DNA of 64,000 nucleotides from Verrucomicrobiia bacterium (GCA_963664225.1 OY760937.1:4192001-4256000), one strand, 5' to 3'; shown: positions 19,053 to 30,098, numbered from the stretch's first letter. The notes: generated from the sequence alone by a model not told the origin. Numbers and translations are program-made.

Positions 19053-19439
19053 CTACAAATCGCGAGCATGGATCGCATCCAGCCAGTGGCTTAGGGGATG
19101 GCGATGAGAGCTGACCCAGCGGTAAATCATTGCCGCCAAGGGCAGCATACCGGGCAGGAAAAGCGCCAGAGTGGGAAGCGCCACCAGAGGCAGGCGCAGG
19201 CCCATAAAACGAAAAGCCTCCGCGCCGTTGTAAACGCGTCCGTCTGCGGTCAAAACATGGAGCGCAGCCTGAAGATCTTTTCCGCGAAGAGCTTCCGGCA
19301 AAGAGGGATCGAAGGATTGTGTGACGGGCACGGGCGAAAAACAATCAAACCAATCCAGCCTTCTCAGAAGGCGCATCTGACTAACACACAATCCGCAAGT
19401 ACCGTCATAATATACTGAATGTTTCGCACTCGCACCCAT
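19053..19439 (-). CDS. DUF393/DCC-family thiol-disulfide oxidoreductase
   Basis: VYYDGTCGLC; GAEAF; YRWVSSHR. Confidence 0.85.
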   Translation of the reverse strand: MGASAKHSVYYDGTCGLCVSQMRLLRRLDWFDCFSPVPVTQSFDPSLPEALRGKDLQAALHVLTADGRVYNGAEAFRFMGLRLPLVALPTLALFLPGMLPLAAMIYRWVSSHRHPLSHWLDAIHARDL

Positions 19440-19506
19440 CACGCCCCAATATAGCCCACAAACGGCAAATTGAAACCGGGGTATATACCCCATTTATCAA
19501 GTGTAC

Positions 19507-19542
19507 AAAAAAAACACCGCCGGACAATGCCAGCGGTGTTTT
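19507..19542 (-). terminator. Intrinsic terminator after the epimerase gene
   Basis: AAAACACCGC...GCGGTGTTTT stem with an A8 tract (U-tract on the minus strand). Confidence 0.65.
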
Positions 19543-19563
19543 GAATTCTGAGCGAGCAGGGCC

Positions 19564-20400
19564 TTAGCTCTTCTTCTTGAGCAAACCCTTGAGGTGTTTG
19601 ATCGAACGCTCCGCCTGCTCGATGGTTCCGCATTCCACGGAGAACACGATGTCCCGTTCGCAGGTGCGGCATACCTCGATGACTTTTTGCCAATCGATCA
19701 CGCCGTCGCCACAGGCGCAGCCAACGGGCGTTCCCGTCACCTTGCCGCGTTCCGCGCCGGATTGCTCGATGGAAATGTCCTTGGCGTGGAGATGCACAAG
19801 GCGGTTCTTCACGCGCTTGAGCCAGATGATCGGGTCCTGGCCAGAAAGGTAGCTGTTGCCGGTGTCGAAATTGACACCGATCGAGGGGCTTTTGACCAGA
19901 TTGACAATCCGGTCCAGACCCTCGGGCGTCTTGCTGTATTGCTGGTGCGGCTCAATACCGATCAGGATCTTGCGCGGTTCGGCCACCAGCGCCGCCTCCT
20001 GGAGGGTGTATTTCATCAGGGTGAAATCCTCCTCCACGGTGGTCCATTTTTGCTTGGGACCCTCGTCTGTATTGACCACCGGCGCGCCGCATTCCGCGGC
20101 AAACCGGATGGCCTGCTTGAGATATTCCACCCCAATCTCCGGCTTGGTCAGCGGTGTGTGCGCCGAAAGCCCCGAGAGTTTGACCCCGGCCTTTTTACAG
20201 GCGCGCTGAATGCGCAACGGGTCGTCGAGCATCGAAACGCTGTGGAAATAGCCCGCTTCACTGAGCAATTCCCGACCCCAGTGAACCATGGGTTCCACAT
20301 GGGTGTAGCCCAGTTCCGCAGCCTTCTCCACGGCCCACTCCATCGACTTGTCGTGGTGCCGGACGTATTCGAGGTTTATACCGAGGTGGATTTTGCCCAT
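19564..20400 (-). CDS. Sugar phosphate isomerase/epimerase (AP endonuclease 2 TIM barrel)
   Basis: IGIEPH, VNFDTGN, HLHAKD, GDGVIDW, SVE motifs. Confidence 0.9.
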   Translation of the reverse strand: MGKIHLGINLEYVRHHDKSMEWAVEKAAELGYTHVEPMVHWGRELLSEAGYFHSVSMLDDPLRIQRACKKAGVKLSGLSAHTPLTKPEIGVEYLKQAIRFAAECGAPVVNTDEGPKQKWTTVEEDFTLMKYTLQEAALVAEPRKILIGIEPHQQYSKTPEGLDRIVNLVKSPSIGVNFDTGNSYLSGQDPIIWLKRVKNRLVHLHAKDISIEQSGAERGKVTGTPVGCACGDGVIDWQKVIEVCRTCERDIVFSVECGTIEQAERSIKHLKGLLKKKS

Positions 20401-20412
20401 AAGAACCTCGCG

Positions 20413-21150
20413 TTATTCCACTTTGCCGGTGGCGGCCCATTGGCAGCCGTTGACGATCAATTTGGCGACGGACGGGTTCGTGATGGCCTTGCCATCATGA
20501 CCAAAGCATTCATGGAACACGCGACCCTGGCCGTAATTGAATGTGAACGCCAGCGGCTCGGTCTTATTGCTAAAGTCGGATTCGGCAGTCACCAGGACAT
20601 TGATGGGCGCATCACCCTGCAACTTGGCGTAGAGTTCATCGTCCTCTTCGAAATCAGACATTCCCTTGGTGATCGCATTATCCTTGTCGGCGATTTTCAC
20701 CGTGAAGACCTTGCGCGCGTTGTGGCCGGACTTGCCCATCACCCAATAACGGCCGCACAGATTCTTGAATTCATCCCACTCCTTGTAGGAGGCGCTGGCC
20801 AGGTGCGAAACGGCAAAGCCCTTGCCGCTCTTTACAAAGGTGATCAGGTTTTCCTTGGCGGCATCCGAGATCGTGGGGGTGCTGGCGTTGAAGGAAGTCA
20901 GAAAAACGATGTCGTAGCGTTTGAGGGAGCTGGCGGAATCCAAAATACCGGCATCCTCGCAGACCTTCACATCGAATTTGCCGGAGGCCACCAGCACGTC
21001 CTTGGTGGCCTGAGACATTTCCTGCCATTTATGGACGCCGACGTCGTCGCCGGTGATCAGCAGGACTTTGATTTTGGGGGCGTCCGCCGCTTGAGCGACA
21101 CAGGCGGTCATGAGAGCGGCGCTGAACAGGCCAATGATGGTTTTATACAT
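20413..21150 (-). CDS. Secreted ThuA-like domain protein
   Basis: GKGFAVSH, DELY, YGQGRVFHECFGHD, NGCQWA; signal peptide. Confidence 0.85.
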   Translation of the reverse strand: MYKTIIGLFSAALMTACVAQAADAPKIKVLLITGDDVGVHKWQEMSQATKDVLVASGKFDVKVCEDAGILDSASSLKRYDIVFLTSFNASTPTISDAAKENLITFVKSGKGFAVSHLASASYKEWDEFKNLCGRYWVMGKSGHNARKVFTVKIADKDNAITKGMSDFEEDDELYAKLQGDAPINVLVTAESDFSNKTEPLAFTFNYGQGRVFHECFGHDGKAITNPSVAKLIVNGCQWAATGKVE

Positions 21151-21203
21151 ACTTTTATTTGGGTGGTGCGGCATGGCCGCGGTTATTCACTGAGAAAGAA
21201 TCG

Positions 21204-21590
21204 TTATTTCGCAACGAAATCGAAGACGAACACGTCGGCAATAACCGAGCCGAGCGAGCCGCCAAACGTCTTGTGGGCGGGATGCACGAGGTAGGCGTCC
21301 CGGTCCGCGGCATTCTTGAAGGTGAGTTCCCAGCAATGTGTGAAACCCTTATTGAGCTTTTCAGGGCTCATGTTCGTGCCCGCCTTGAGCGACTTGATCT
21401 GATGGATTTTGGACTTCAAGGCGCGGAAATCAGCGTCCACCTTGTTAATCTGTTCGGCTGTGGTGGCTTCCGCGAATTTAAAGCAGACCACATGGTGGAC
21501 GGGTCCTTTGACGGCGGTGTCCGCAGCCAGGCCGGTGGTCAGAAGACCGGCAAAAAGAATCAAACCACAGCAAAGAAGCAACGACTTCAT
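21204..21590 (-). CDS. Dabb family stress-responsive A/B barrel protein
   Basis: HHVVCFKF, GFTHCWELTF, YLVHPAH. Confidence 0.9.
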   Translation of the reverse strand: MKSLLLCCGLILFAGLLTTGLAADTAVKGPVHHVVCFKFAEATTAEQINKVDADFRALKSKIHQIKSLKAGTNMSPEKLNKGFTHCWELTFKNAADRDAYLVHPAHKTFGGSLGSVIADVFVFDFVAK

Positions 21591-21739
21591 AAAAGTTTTC
21601 AGGAGATTTTGGGTTAATGTTTTAGTGAAGCGCAACATAGGGGAATTTCGCACCGCTGGCAAGCAAATTGCCGGTTCCAAAAATCTGCAACCATCGCTTG
21701 CATTATTCCACCATCATGCGAAAAATAGGCCTGCATCGT

Positions 21740-21817
21740 CGGAGCGTAGCTCAGCCTGGCTAGAGCACTTGGTTTGGGACCAAGACGTCGCAGGTTCAAA
21801 TCCTGTCGCTCCGACCA
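21740..21817 (+). tRNA. tRNA-Pro (TGG)
   Basis: CGGAGCG acceptor stem, anticodon arm CTTGG-TTTGGGA-CCAAG, GGTTCAAATCC T-loop, encoded CCA. Confidence 0.97.
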
Positions 21818-21871
21818 TTTCCCCCTCCATCCCGCTTGTCGAATGGCCAGGCTGCCCTTATGCTCCGGGGC

Positions 21872-22555
21872 ATGCAGTATAACAACACCTTTGGATTCAC
21901 GAAGGAAGACCCATGGCGGGTGTTCCGCATCATGGCGGAATTTGTCGATTCTTTTGAAACGCTTTCAAAGATCGGTCCTGCGGTCACCATATTTGGCTCC
22001 GCCCGCATCCCCACGTCGGATCCCTATTACAAGCACACGGTCGAGTTGGGTGAGAAACTCGCCAAACAGAGGCTCGCGGTGATCACTGGTGGCGGTCCGG
22101 GCGTGATGGAAGCCGCCAACCGCGGCGCGGCCCGGGCTAAAGGGACTTCCGTGGGGTTGAACATTGAACTGCCCCACGAACAGCACGGAAACCGTTACGC
22201 CAACGTTCCGATGCATTTCCACTATTTCTTTTCGCGCAAGGTGTGCTTCGTCAAATACAGTGTGGGATTCGTGTTTATGCCGGGCGGCTTTGGGACGCTC
22301 GATGAGCTTTATGAAGTGCTGACGCTGGTGCAAACCGAGCGCATTCCCCGCTTTCCCCTGATCCTCTTTGGATCCAAATATTGGAAGGGCCTGCTGGACT
22401 GGATGAAGACCCAGATGGAAACCCGGAAGTATATCAGCCCGGACGATCTGGATTTGTTGACCGTCACGGACGATGTTCAGGAGGCCGTCGATCTGATTCT
22501 GGATTACCAGAGGCGCATCAGCCCGCAGGAACTTCAGATCTCGAAACTGGTTTAA
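21872..22555 (+). CDS. LOG family (TIGR00730-like) Rossmann-fold protein
   Basis: VTIFGSAR, TGGGPGVMEAANRGA, PGGFGTLDE. Confidence 0.92.
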   Translation: MQYNNTFGFTKEDPWRVFRIMAEFVDSFETLSKIGPAVTIFGSARIPTSDPYYKHTVELGEKLAKQRLAVITGGGPGVMEAANRGAARAKGTSVGLNIELPHEQHGNRYANVPMHFHYFFSRKVCFVKYSVGFVFMPGGFGTLDELYEVLTLVQTERIPRFPLILFGSKYWKGLLDWMKTQMETRKYISPDDLDLLTVTDDVQEAVDLILDYQRRISPQELQISKLV

Positions 22556-22559
22556 CCCC

Positions 22560-23822
22560 ATGTACCGCGTCTCACGTCTTGAAAACGGCCTGGTCGTCGC
22601 CACGGGGGAAATGTCGCACATGGCCAGTGTGAGCATGGGCATCTGGGTTGGGGTGGGGGGGCGCCACGAGCCGGCGCCCTTGTGCGGTGTGTCCCATTTC
22701 ATCGAGCACCTGCTTTTCAAGGGAACGCGCAAGCGTTCCGCCCGCCGCATTTCCCAGGAGGTCGAGGGCATTGGTGGCGACCTCAACGCCTATACCAGCG
22801 AGGAGAATACCTGTTTTTTTTCCAAGGGCTGCCATGACCGTTTTGATACCCTGCTGGATGTGATGATGGATATGGTCCTGCATTCGAAGTTCGATCCGGT
22901 CGAGATCGAGAAGGAGCGCATGGTCATCAAGGAGGAATTGGCGATGTATCTCGACCAACCCCAGCAGCATGTGCTGGAAATCCTCAATGAAATCACCTGG
23001 CCGGATCATCCGCTGGGCCGGTCGATCACCGGCACGGAAGCCACGGTGGCGGCCATGCAACGCGCCGATCTTTTGAGCTACCTCAAGACCCATTACGTGG
23101 CGGGAAACACGCTTGTCACGGTTACAGGTCGCTGCCGCCATGAGGATGTCGTCCAGGCTGTAAAACAATACGCGCCGCATTTTGCGGCAGGCACGACGCA
23201 GCCATTCGAGCCCGCGGTGAACGCGCAAAAAGCGCCGCGTTTACGCTTGTTTACCAAACAGACCGAGCAAACCCAGTTCGCCCTGGGCGTGCGCACTTGT
23301 TCGCGCCATGACCCCCGCCGTTACGCGTTGAGAATGCTCAACACCATACTTGGCGAGAACATGAGCTCGCGCCTCTTTCAAGTCATTCGTGAGGATCGCG
23401 GCCTGGCCTATTCCATCGGCAGTTCGCTGGGCTTTTTTGAGGATACGGGCACCCTGACCATCGCGGCCGGACTGGACGACAAGAATCTCCAACCCACCCT
23501 CAAGCTGGTGATGAAGGAATGCAGGAAAATGACCGAGCGCGCGCCCACAAAATCCGAGGTGCAGCGCGGTTGCGATTATCTCATCGGGCAAATGGAATTG
23601 AGCCTGGAGAGCACCACCAACCAGATGATGTGGATTGGCGAGCAATGGCTGGGATACGGTCGGATACTGCCATCGGAAAAGATCAAGGATCGCATTTCCG
23701 CGGTCACACCCGCGCAGGTCCGCCAGGTGGCGCGTGATTTTCTGCGGCCCGAGAATCTCTGTCTGGCCCTGGTAAGCCCCATCAAATCCAATCGCGGCCT
23801 GATCCCTATATTGACCGATTAA
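22560..23822 (+). CDS. M16 family zinc peptidase
   Basis: HFIEH (HxxEH) inverted zincin; SSRLFQVIREDRGLAYSI. Confidence 0.92.
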   Translation: MYRVSRLENGLVVATGEMSHMASVSMGIWVGVGGRHEPAPLCGVSHFIEHLLFKGTRKRSARRISQEVEGIGGDLNAYTSEENTCFFSKGCHDRFDTLLDVMMDMVLHSKFDPVEIEKERMVIKEELAMYLDQPQQHVLEILNEITWPDHPLGRSITGTEATVAAMQRADLLSYLKTHYVAGNTLVTVTGRCRHEDVVQAVKQYAPHFAAGTTQPFEPAVNAQKAPRLRLFTKQTEQTQFALGVRTCSRHDPRRYALRMLNTILGENMSSRLFQVIREDRGLAYSIGSSLGFFEDTGTLTIAAGLDDKNLQPTLKLVMKECRKMTERAPTKSEVQRGCDYLIGQMELSLESTTNQMMWIGEQWLGYGRILPSEKIKDRISAVTPAQVRQVARDFLRPENLCLALVSPIKSNRGLIPILTD

Positions 23823-23828
23823 CGCCCG

Positions 23829-24902
23829 TTAATCCCTGGCGGTCTCGGTGTCTGGATAGGAACCGAGAACCTTCACGAAGTTGCAGCTCTTGTGAAGTTC
23901 TTCGATGGCCTTGGCCACTTTGGGGTCCTTGAAATGGCCGTCGCAATCCACAAAAAAGAAGTACTCCCAGGCCTTGCGTTTGCTGGGGCGGGATTCGATG
24001 CGCGTCATGTTCAGGCGATGTCTGCGGAAGGGCGCGAGCGATTCATGGAGCGCACCCACCTTATCCACGATGCTGAACATGACACTGGTGCGGTCGCGGC
24101 CTGTGGGCGGGCTGCACACGCGGCCCAAAACCAGAAACCGGGTCACGTTATGGGCGCTGTCCTGAATATCGCATTCAATGACGGGCATCTTGTAACGCTC
24201 CGCCGCAAGGGCGCCCGTGATGGCCGCCGAGTGCTTTTCATCTCCGATCATTTCCACGGCGCGGGAGTTCGACGCGGCCTCGATGATTTCCACATCCGGC
24301 AAATGCAGTCGCACCCAATTGCGGCATTGGGCCAGGGCCTGTGGATGGCAGTATAGTTTCTTGAGGGTTTTAGCCGTTCCCCGGCCTGCCAGACAAAATT
24401 GAATCGGGAGAATGATCTGCGAAACCACTTTGAGGTCGCTCTCAACGAACATGTCCAGGGTGTGGGTTACAACGCCCTCGGTGGAATTTTCCACGGGCAC
24501 GACACCGTAATCCGCCCGCAACTTGCTGACGTCCAGAAAAACATCGGCAACGGTTTTTTGGGACGCGTAGCGAAGGCTCGCCCCAAAGCGCTGTATCGCC
24601 GCCTGGTGCGTGAAGGTGGCCTCCGGCCCCAGATAGGCGATGGTCTGGGTTTTCTGAAGGGCGATCGCGCTGGACATGACCTCGCGGTAGATCGCATGGA
24701 GACCCTCTGCGGTGATGGGGCCCGGATTGAGTTTCTGCAACCGCTCAAATACCGCGATCTCCCGGTGCGGCGCGTAAATTTCCTGACCTGCGGCGATCTT
24801 TAACTCGCCAATCGCCAGCACATGCTGGGTGCGCTCGTTGAGCAGGCGCACGATTTGTGCATCCAATTGGTCGATCGCTTTGCGATGCTCGGTAAGGCTC
24901 AT
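23829..24902 (-). CDS. pheA: Chorismate mutase/prephenate dehydratase
   Basis: N-terminal CM domain; YLGPEATFT, PVENSTEG, NVTRFLV, ESRP ACT domain. Confidence 0.95.
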   Translation of the reverse strand: MSLTEHRKAIDQLDAQIVRLLNERTQHVLAIGELKIAAGQEIYAPHREIAVFERLQKLNPGPITAEGLHAIYREVMSSAIALQKTQTIAYLGPEATFTHQAAIQRFGASLRYASQKTVADVFLDVSKLRADYGVVPVENSTEGVVTHTLDMFVESDLKVVSQIILPIQFCLAGRGTAKTLKKLYCHPQALAQCRNWVRLHLPDVEIIEAASNSRAVEMIGDEKHSAAITGALAAERYKMPVIECDIQDSAHNVTRFLVLGRVCSPPTGRDRTSVMFSIVDKVGALHESLAPFRRHRLNMTRIESRPSKRKAWEYFFFVDCDGHFKDPKVAKAIEELHKSCNFVKVLGSYPDTETARD

Positions 24903-24926
24903 GGGATGTTCAATAAGGGATCGTTG

Positions 24927-25721
24927 TTATGAATTCTTCTCGTCGATCTCGGGCGCAGGCGTGATTCCTGTTTCGGCCTCAGGCTCGGGTGATTCCACCG
25001 GGGCTGGATCGGTTTCTGGAGCCTGGGGCGGTTCCGGAGTGGCCGCGGCTTCCCCGGCGGAAACTTCGGTGGTGGTCGGCGTGAACAACTCTGGCTGCGG
25101 CACGGTGGCTAGATTCGCATCCACGGTCGCCAGGGACGGCGGACGCTCCACCACAATCCGGCGCAACTCATCCGCCGCCGGCAAATCATCCAAAGCGCTC
25201 AGGCCGAAATATTCCAGGAACGCCGTCGTCGTTCCGTAGGTCGAGGGTCTTCCAATGACATCCGCCCGTCCCATCGATATCACAAGACCGCGTTCGATGA
25301 GCGTTTGCATCACGCCATCCACGGAGACGCCGCGAATTTGTTCGATCTCGGCGCGGGTCATCGGCTGCCGGTAGGCGATGATTGCCAGGGTCTCAAGCGC
25401 GGCCTGGGAAAGACGCGGCGGGCGGGGCTTGAGTCCCAGCAACACGCGAAGCCAGGGGGCGAATTCGGGTTGGGTGACCACCTGCCACGCGCCGGCCACG
25501 CACACGAGGCGGAAGGAGCGTTGCGCGGCTTCGTGCTCGCTCGCGAGACCTTCGAGGGCCATGGTGATCTCGTCCACCGTCACCTTTTTAAAAGGGGCGG
25601 CCACGACGTCTTCGGGCAACTCGCTCTTGGCCGCCGTTACCAGCAGACCGCGCACTTCCACCGCAGTCAACGGTTTCTGCGCATTAAAAAGCAACGCTTC
25701 AAGTATGAATTTGAGTTCCAT
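24927..25721 (-). CDS. scpB: SMC-Scp complex subunit ScpB
   Basis: LSQAALETLAIIAYRQPMTRAEIEQIRGV; YGTTTAFLEYFGL. Confidence 0.95.
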   Translation of the reverse strand: MELKFILEALLFNAQKPLTAVEVRGLLVTAAKSELPEDVVAAPFKKVTVDEITMALEGLASEHEAAQRSFRLVCVAGAWQVVTQPEFAPWLRVLLGLKPRPPRLSQAALETLAIIAYRQPMTRAEIEQIRGVSVDGVMQTLIERGLVISMGRADVIGRPSTYGTTTAFLEYFGLSALDDLPAADELRRIVVERPPSLATVDANLATVPQPELFTPTTTEVSAGEAAATPEPPQAPETDPAPVESPEPEAETGITPAPEIDEKNS

Positions 25722-25726
25722 GCAAA

Positions 25727-26596
25727 TTAAGACGCGGGGGGTTCTGTGGGTTCCTCAATCCCCGGAGTTTCGGCCGCCACCGGAGTTTCAGACGTGACTG
25801 GAGATTCAGCGGTTGGTTCAACCGATTTCGTTGGCGCTTCGTTGGTGAATTGCGCGGTTTTAACCTCAGGCGGACGGGCCTGGATTTCGATTTCGCCGAA
25901 GGCCTCGGATTGCGCGCACATCAGGACTTTGAGCCGGATCAATTCGAGCATCGCCAGAAATGTGGCCACCACCTCCGACCGGCTGCGCGAGGACATGAAC
26001 AATTCCGAAAAACGGACCGCCGGGCGGCTCGTGATCAAATCCCGCAGATAGGCGATCTTCTCGCTCACCGGCCATTTGTCCTCGGATATGGTCCCAACAT
26101 CTCCCCGTTCCTGATGACGCTTGAGAACGGCGCTCACCGCGTTGATCAGATCGAAAAGCGAAACCTCCGGTTTGCCGGGCGTTTCCGGCTCGGCCAATTC
26201 CGCCCTGGCGGGAATGCGCGTGTAAATATTCTCCTGACGGGCCTCCCGCTCCTGGAACACCGCCGCCATGTCCTTGAATTTCTTGTATTCGACCAATTGG
26301 CGGATCAGGTCCCAGCGCGGATCCATGGCATCCTCGTCCTCACCCTCCACGGCCACCTGGCGCTCCACCGGCAGCAACTCCCGGCTTTTGATGTACATGA
26401 GCGTGGCGGCCATGACGAGAAACTCGCCAGCCACTTCCAGGTCAAGCTGGCGCATCATTTCCACGTGTTCAATGAACTGCGTGGCGATCTTCGTCAGGTT
26501 GACTTCATAAATGTCCACCTCCTCCTTCTTGATCAAATAAAGAAGGAGATCGAGCGGGCCTTCAAACACTTCGAGTTGGACCTTATATTCGACCAT
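25727..26596 (-). CDS. scpA: Segregation/condensation protein ScpA
   Basis: FEGPLDLLLYLI; EFLVMAATLMYIKSRELLP; TFLAMLEL. Confidence 0.95.
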   Translation of the reverse strand: MVEYKVQLEVFEGPLDLLLYLIKKEEVDIYEVNLTKIATQFIEHVEMMRQLDLEVAGEFLVMAATLMYIKSRELLPVERQVAVEGEDEDAMDPRWDLIRQLVEYKKFKDMAAVFQEREARQENIYTRIPARAELAEPETPGKPEVSLFDLINAVSAVLKRHQERGDVGTISEDKWPVSEKIAYLRDLITSRPAVRFSELFMSSRSRSEVVATFLAMLELIRLKVLMCAQSEAFGEIEIQARPPEVKTAQFTNEAPTKSVEPTAESPVTSETPVAAETPGIEEPTEPPAS

Positions 26597-26858
26597 GTCG
26601 CGCCCATCATCCTAAGCCCAGCCCCGCACCCTTGGCAACGGCAGAACGCAGGTGGAAAATGAGCCTGAACGACGTTTGTTTTTGGGATGGAAGGGCAGGA
26701 TCGACCATTGGATTACCGGATTTGGTCAACGCCGCTGGCATTGGCGGGTGTAATAACACGACTTTGCTGGCCGAACATCAGGATTGGGAATAACCCCTTT
26801 CTCCACTTACGACTTTACGGCTTGCAATCTGGTGCCTATGTGACACTAAATGTTCATC

Positions 26859-29800
26859 ATGAACAGAATATCCGCGGTTATTCTGCGGCCTATCGCTCCG
26901 CTGGGCTGCCTTGATAAATTCCGATCCCCTGCAGTCTCTGGCTGGTTCGCATTCGCAATGCTGTTTGTGTTGGCAGGGTTGCTCACATCGGGGAGGGCTG
27001 ACACGCTTGGCGATTTCACCTGCTCGACAGACTCCTCATCCGCCACCATCACTGGCTACACCGGACCCGGCGGCGATGTTGTCATTCCGGACACCATTCT
27101 GAACAAACCCGTTTTTGCCATCGGGACCAATGCGTTCAAGGGTTGCATCAGCCTGACGAATGTCACATTACCCAACCAGGTCCGCAGGATCCAGGATTCA
27201 GCATTTGCAGGATGCACCGGACTGACGAGCATCACGATCCCCAACACCGTCTCCCAGATTGAAATTGCGGCATTCAGTAATTGCTCGAATCTGACAAGTG
27301 TCTATTTCGATGGGAACGCACCCACGCAACTCTATTCGAGCACTCCGTTTGCCAACTCGGATCTGGTGACCGTTTATTATTACGCTCGAATGACCGGTTG
27401 GAAATCGACTTACGGCGGCCGACCGACAGCGACGCGGATTGATCCCAATGCCAGCGATTACCAAATCATGCCAGTGGCTTCATTCAAGGCCAGCATAACC
27501 AGTTACACGGGTTCCAACTCAGTCGTGACGATCCCGAATACCATCAACGGCATGACGATCATCGGAATTGGAGACGAGGCCTTCTATATGCGCGCTCTAT
27601 TGAAAAGCGTCATAATTCCTCCCGGAGTCACGGCCATTGGGGTCAGGGCGTTTGCCGGATGCAGCGGATTGACGAACCTTTCCATTCCCAACAGTGTGGC
27701 CAGAATTGGAAATGAGGCTTTCTCGGGATGCCAAGGCCTTAAGGAAGTAACGATGCCCAGCAACCTTGCCAGCATCCCTGAACTTACATTCGAAAATTGC
27801 CGGGGTCTGGGGAGCATTGTCATTCCCAATAGAGTGACGAATATTGCGAACTGGGCCTTCATAAATTGCATTGGCATTACCAATGTCACCATCCCTGACA
27901 GCGTCATCGAAATCGCAGGTGCCGCCTTCGAAAACTGCAGCGGTCTGACCAGCATCACGATTCCAAGCAGCATCACCAGCATCAGGAATTCCACATTCTA
28001 TCAATGTACAGGACTGACCAATGCCATACTCCCTGGCAGTGTTACCAACATTCAAACTTATGCTTTTTATGGGTGCAGGAATCTGACCAGTCTCACAATT
28101 CCAAACAGTGTCACCAGTATTGGTAATTCTGCCTTTTTTGGCTGCAGCAGTCTGACATCGTTGGCGATTCCAGATGGCGTTACAACCATCGAGAATTACG
28201 CGTTCAGTGGCTGTTCTGGCATGACGAATATCACCATTCCCAACAGCGTGACGAATATCGGTATTGAAGCGCTCAAGCAAAATCGCAATCTCATGCACAT
28301 TGTCATCCCCAGCAACGTCGTTGCCATCGGTGCTGGTGCGTTCTCTGGATGTGCGAGTCTGACGAGCATTGCTCTATCCGGGAATATCGCCGAAATCGGA
28401 GCAGGGGCCTTTGAGGATTGCAGTAGTCTGGGAACGATTGCGGTGCACACGAACAATGCAGCGTTCAGCAGCTTGGAGGGCGCATTATTCAACAAGAATC
28501 AGACAATTCTTATTCGAGGCCCGGGAGGCTCGACTGGAACCTATGCGATACCAGGCAGCGTCACCAATATAGCGGCTTATGCGTTCTCAGGTTGCACCGG
28601 CCTGACTAATATTACCATTCCCACAAGCGTGACGAGCATTGGTAATAACGCGTTCAAAGGATGCACTGGCCTGGGTGGCGTTGACATTCCCAATAGCGTA
28701 ACGAGCATTGGGTCTGGCGCTTTCGAAGACTGCACAGGCTTGACGAGCATCGCCATCCCCGACAGTGTCACCAGCATCAGTGTGAACGCATTCTGGAATT
28801 GCACCAACCTGACCGCAATCAGTGTGGGTGATCTCAATACAAATTACGCCAGCATCGATGGCGTGGTGTTCAATAAAGATACGACGACATTGATTGAGTA
28901 TCCACCAGGCAGGATTGGCGATTACATTATTCCCAATGGTGTCACCAGCGTTGGCTCTCTCGCATTTGGCTCTTGCGGAGTTTTGACAAGCGTCATCATT
29001 CCTGAAAGTGTCGTCAAAATCCCGTCGTCAGCATTTTCTAGATGCACCGGGCTGACGGCAATCAATGTGGATCCACACAATCCCGCTTATTCCAGCATTG
29101 ATGGTGTGCTATTCGATAAAACCATGACAACGCTCATTCAATACCCACCCGGCAGGCATGGCCGCTATATTGTCCCAAACGGTGTGACCAACCTTGGGAA
29201 TGATGCTTTCAATTATTGTATTAACCTGACGAGCATCGGCATTCCCGAAAGCGTCCGTGGGATGGGATATTTTGTGTTTGCATATTGCGCCGGCTTGACG
29301 AGCGTCACTCTTCCCAATGGCATCACCAACATCGGACATTATGCATTCACGCAATGCACGGCTTTGACTAACATCACGATTCCCAAAAGTGTTACGTCCA
29401 TTGGGATATATGCCTTCTCTGGTAGCACTGCCCTGACGGACGTTTATTTTGAAGGTAAGCCGCCACAATCACCCCCAATATTGCTGTTCGAGAACGTACC
29501 CAACGTAACAGTGTATTACCGCGGTGGAACGACCGGCTGGGAACCAGCTTTAGAAAATCAACCGACCGCCCTATGGATCGAATCGGCTCCCTATCTGGCA
29601 TGGGCGCAGGCGGCAGGGTTGCTAAGGAAGTTCCCCAAGGCCAGCGCGGAAACTGACGATGCCGATCAGGACGGCATGAGCAACCTGGCCGAGATGCAGG
29701 CGGGCACCGATCCCACCATGGCAACGTCGGCATTGATATTTGATCGCGCACCCCGATTCGCTGACCTGACCGACGATGACAAAACCGCAGTCGGATCCGA

Positions 29801-29978
29801 CCAACACGCGCTGTATTTCCAATCCGTGCCTGGCAAACAATACAAGATCGAAAGCGTGAGCGCATTCGGTGTTACGTGGCAGACAGAAAACGCCGTCACC
29901 GCCACGACTTCTCAAAAGCGTGTTCTCGTCACAAAACCGCTCGATCAGCGATTTTATCGCGTGGCTCTGGTGCCATAG
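26859..29978 (+). CDS. BspA-type leucine-rich repeat (LRR_5) exported protein, paralogue 1
   Basis: Many LTSITIPNSVTSIGxxAFxGC repeats; start chosen to match the MNRI of its paralogues. Confidence 0.9.
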   Translation: MNRISAVILRPIAPLGCLDKFRSPAVSGWFAFAMLFVLAGLLTSGRADTLGDFTCSTDSSSATITGYTGPGGDVVIPDTILNKPVFAIGTNAFKGCISLTNVTLPNQVRRIQDSAFAGCTGLTSITIPNTVSQIEIAAFSNCSNLTSVYFDGNAPTQLYSSTPFANSDLVTVYYYARMTGWKSTYGGRPTATRIDPNASDYQIMPVASFKASITSYTGSNSVVTIPNTINGMTIIGIGDEAFYMRALLKSVIIPPGVTAIGVRAFAGCSGLTNLSIPNSVARIGNEAFSGCQGLKEVTMPSNLASIPELTFENCRGLGSIVIPNRVTNIANWAFINCIGITNVTIPDSVIEIAGAAFENCSGLTSITIPSSITSIRNSTFYQCTGLTNAILPGSVTNIQTYAFYGCRNLTSLTIPNSVTSIGNSAFFGCSSLTSLAIPDGVTTIENYAFSGCSGMTNITIPNSVTNIGIEALKQNRNLMHIVIPSNVVAIGAGAFSGCASLTSIALSGNIAEIGAGAFEDCSSLGTIAVHTNNAAFSSLEGALFNKNQTILIRGPGGSTGTYAIPGSVTNIAAYAFSGCTGLTNITIPTSVTSIGNNAFKGCTGLGGVDIPNSVTSIGSGAFEDCTGLTSIAIPDSVTSISVNAFWNCTNLTAISVGDLNTNYASIDGVVFNKDTTTLIEYPPGRIGDYIIPNGVTSVGSLAFGSCGVLTSVIIPESVVKIPSSAFSRCTGLTAINVDPHNPAYSSIDGVLFDKTMTTLIQYPPGRHGRYIVPNGVTNLGNDAFNYCINLTSIGIPESVRGMGYFVFAYCAGLTSVTLPNGITNIGHYAFTQCTALTNITIPKSVTSIGIYAFSGSTALTDVYFEGKPPQSPPILLFENVPNVTVYYRGGTTGWEPALENQPTALWIESAPYLAWAQAAGLLRKFPKASAETDDADQDGMSNLAEMQAGTDPTMATSALIFDRAPRFADLTDDDKTAVGSDQHALYFQSVPGKQYKIESVSAFGVTWQTENAVTATTSQKRVLVTKPLDQRFYRVALVP

Positions 29979-30098
29979 AGCGCTGCACATGATGCCGTGG
30001 AGGTAAACTGATGGTCGCCGCCACGGAGAAATGGTATTCCAATTACATCCCTGCTTACTGCTTGCAATCGGGTTGCCAGGTGATATTAACTGTTTGTC

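Noticed and set aside
21740..21817. tRNA-Pro as an integration site
   Set aside because: No integrase and no duplicated tRNA 3' end seen in the window; flanking genes look like core genes
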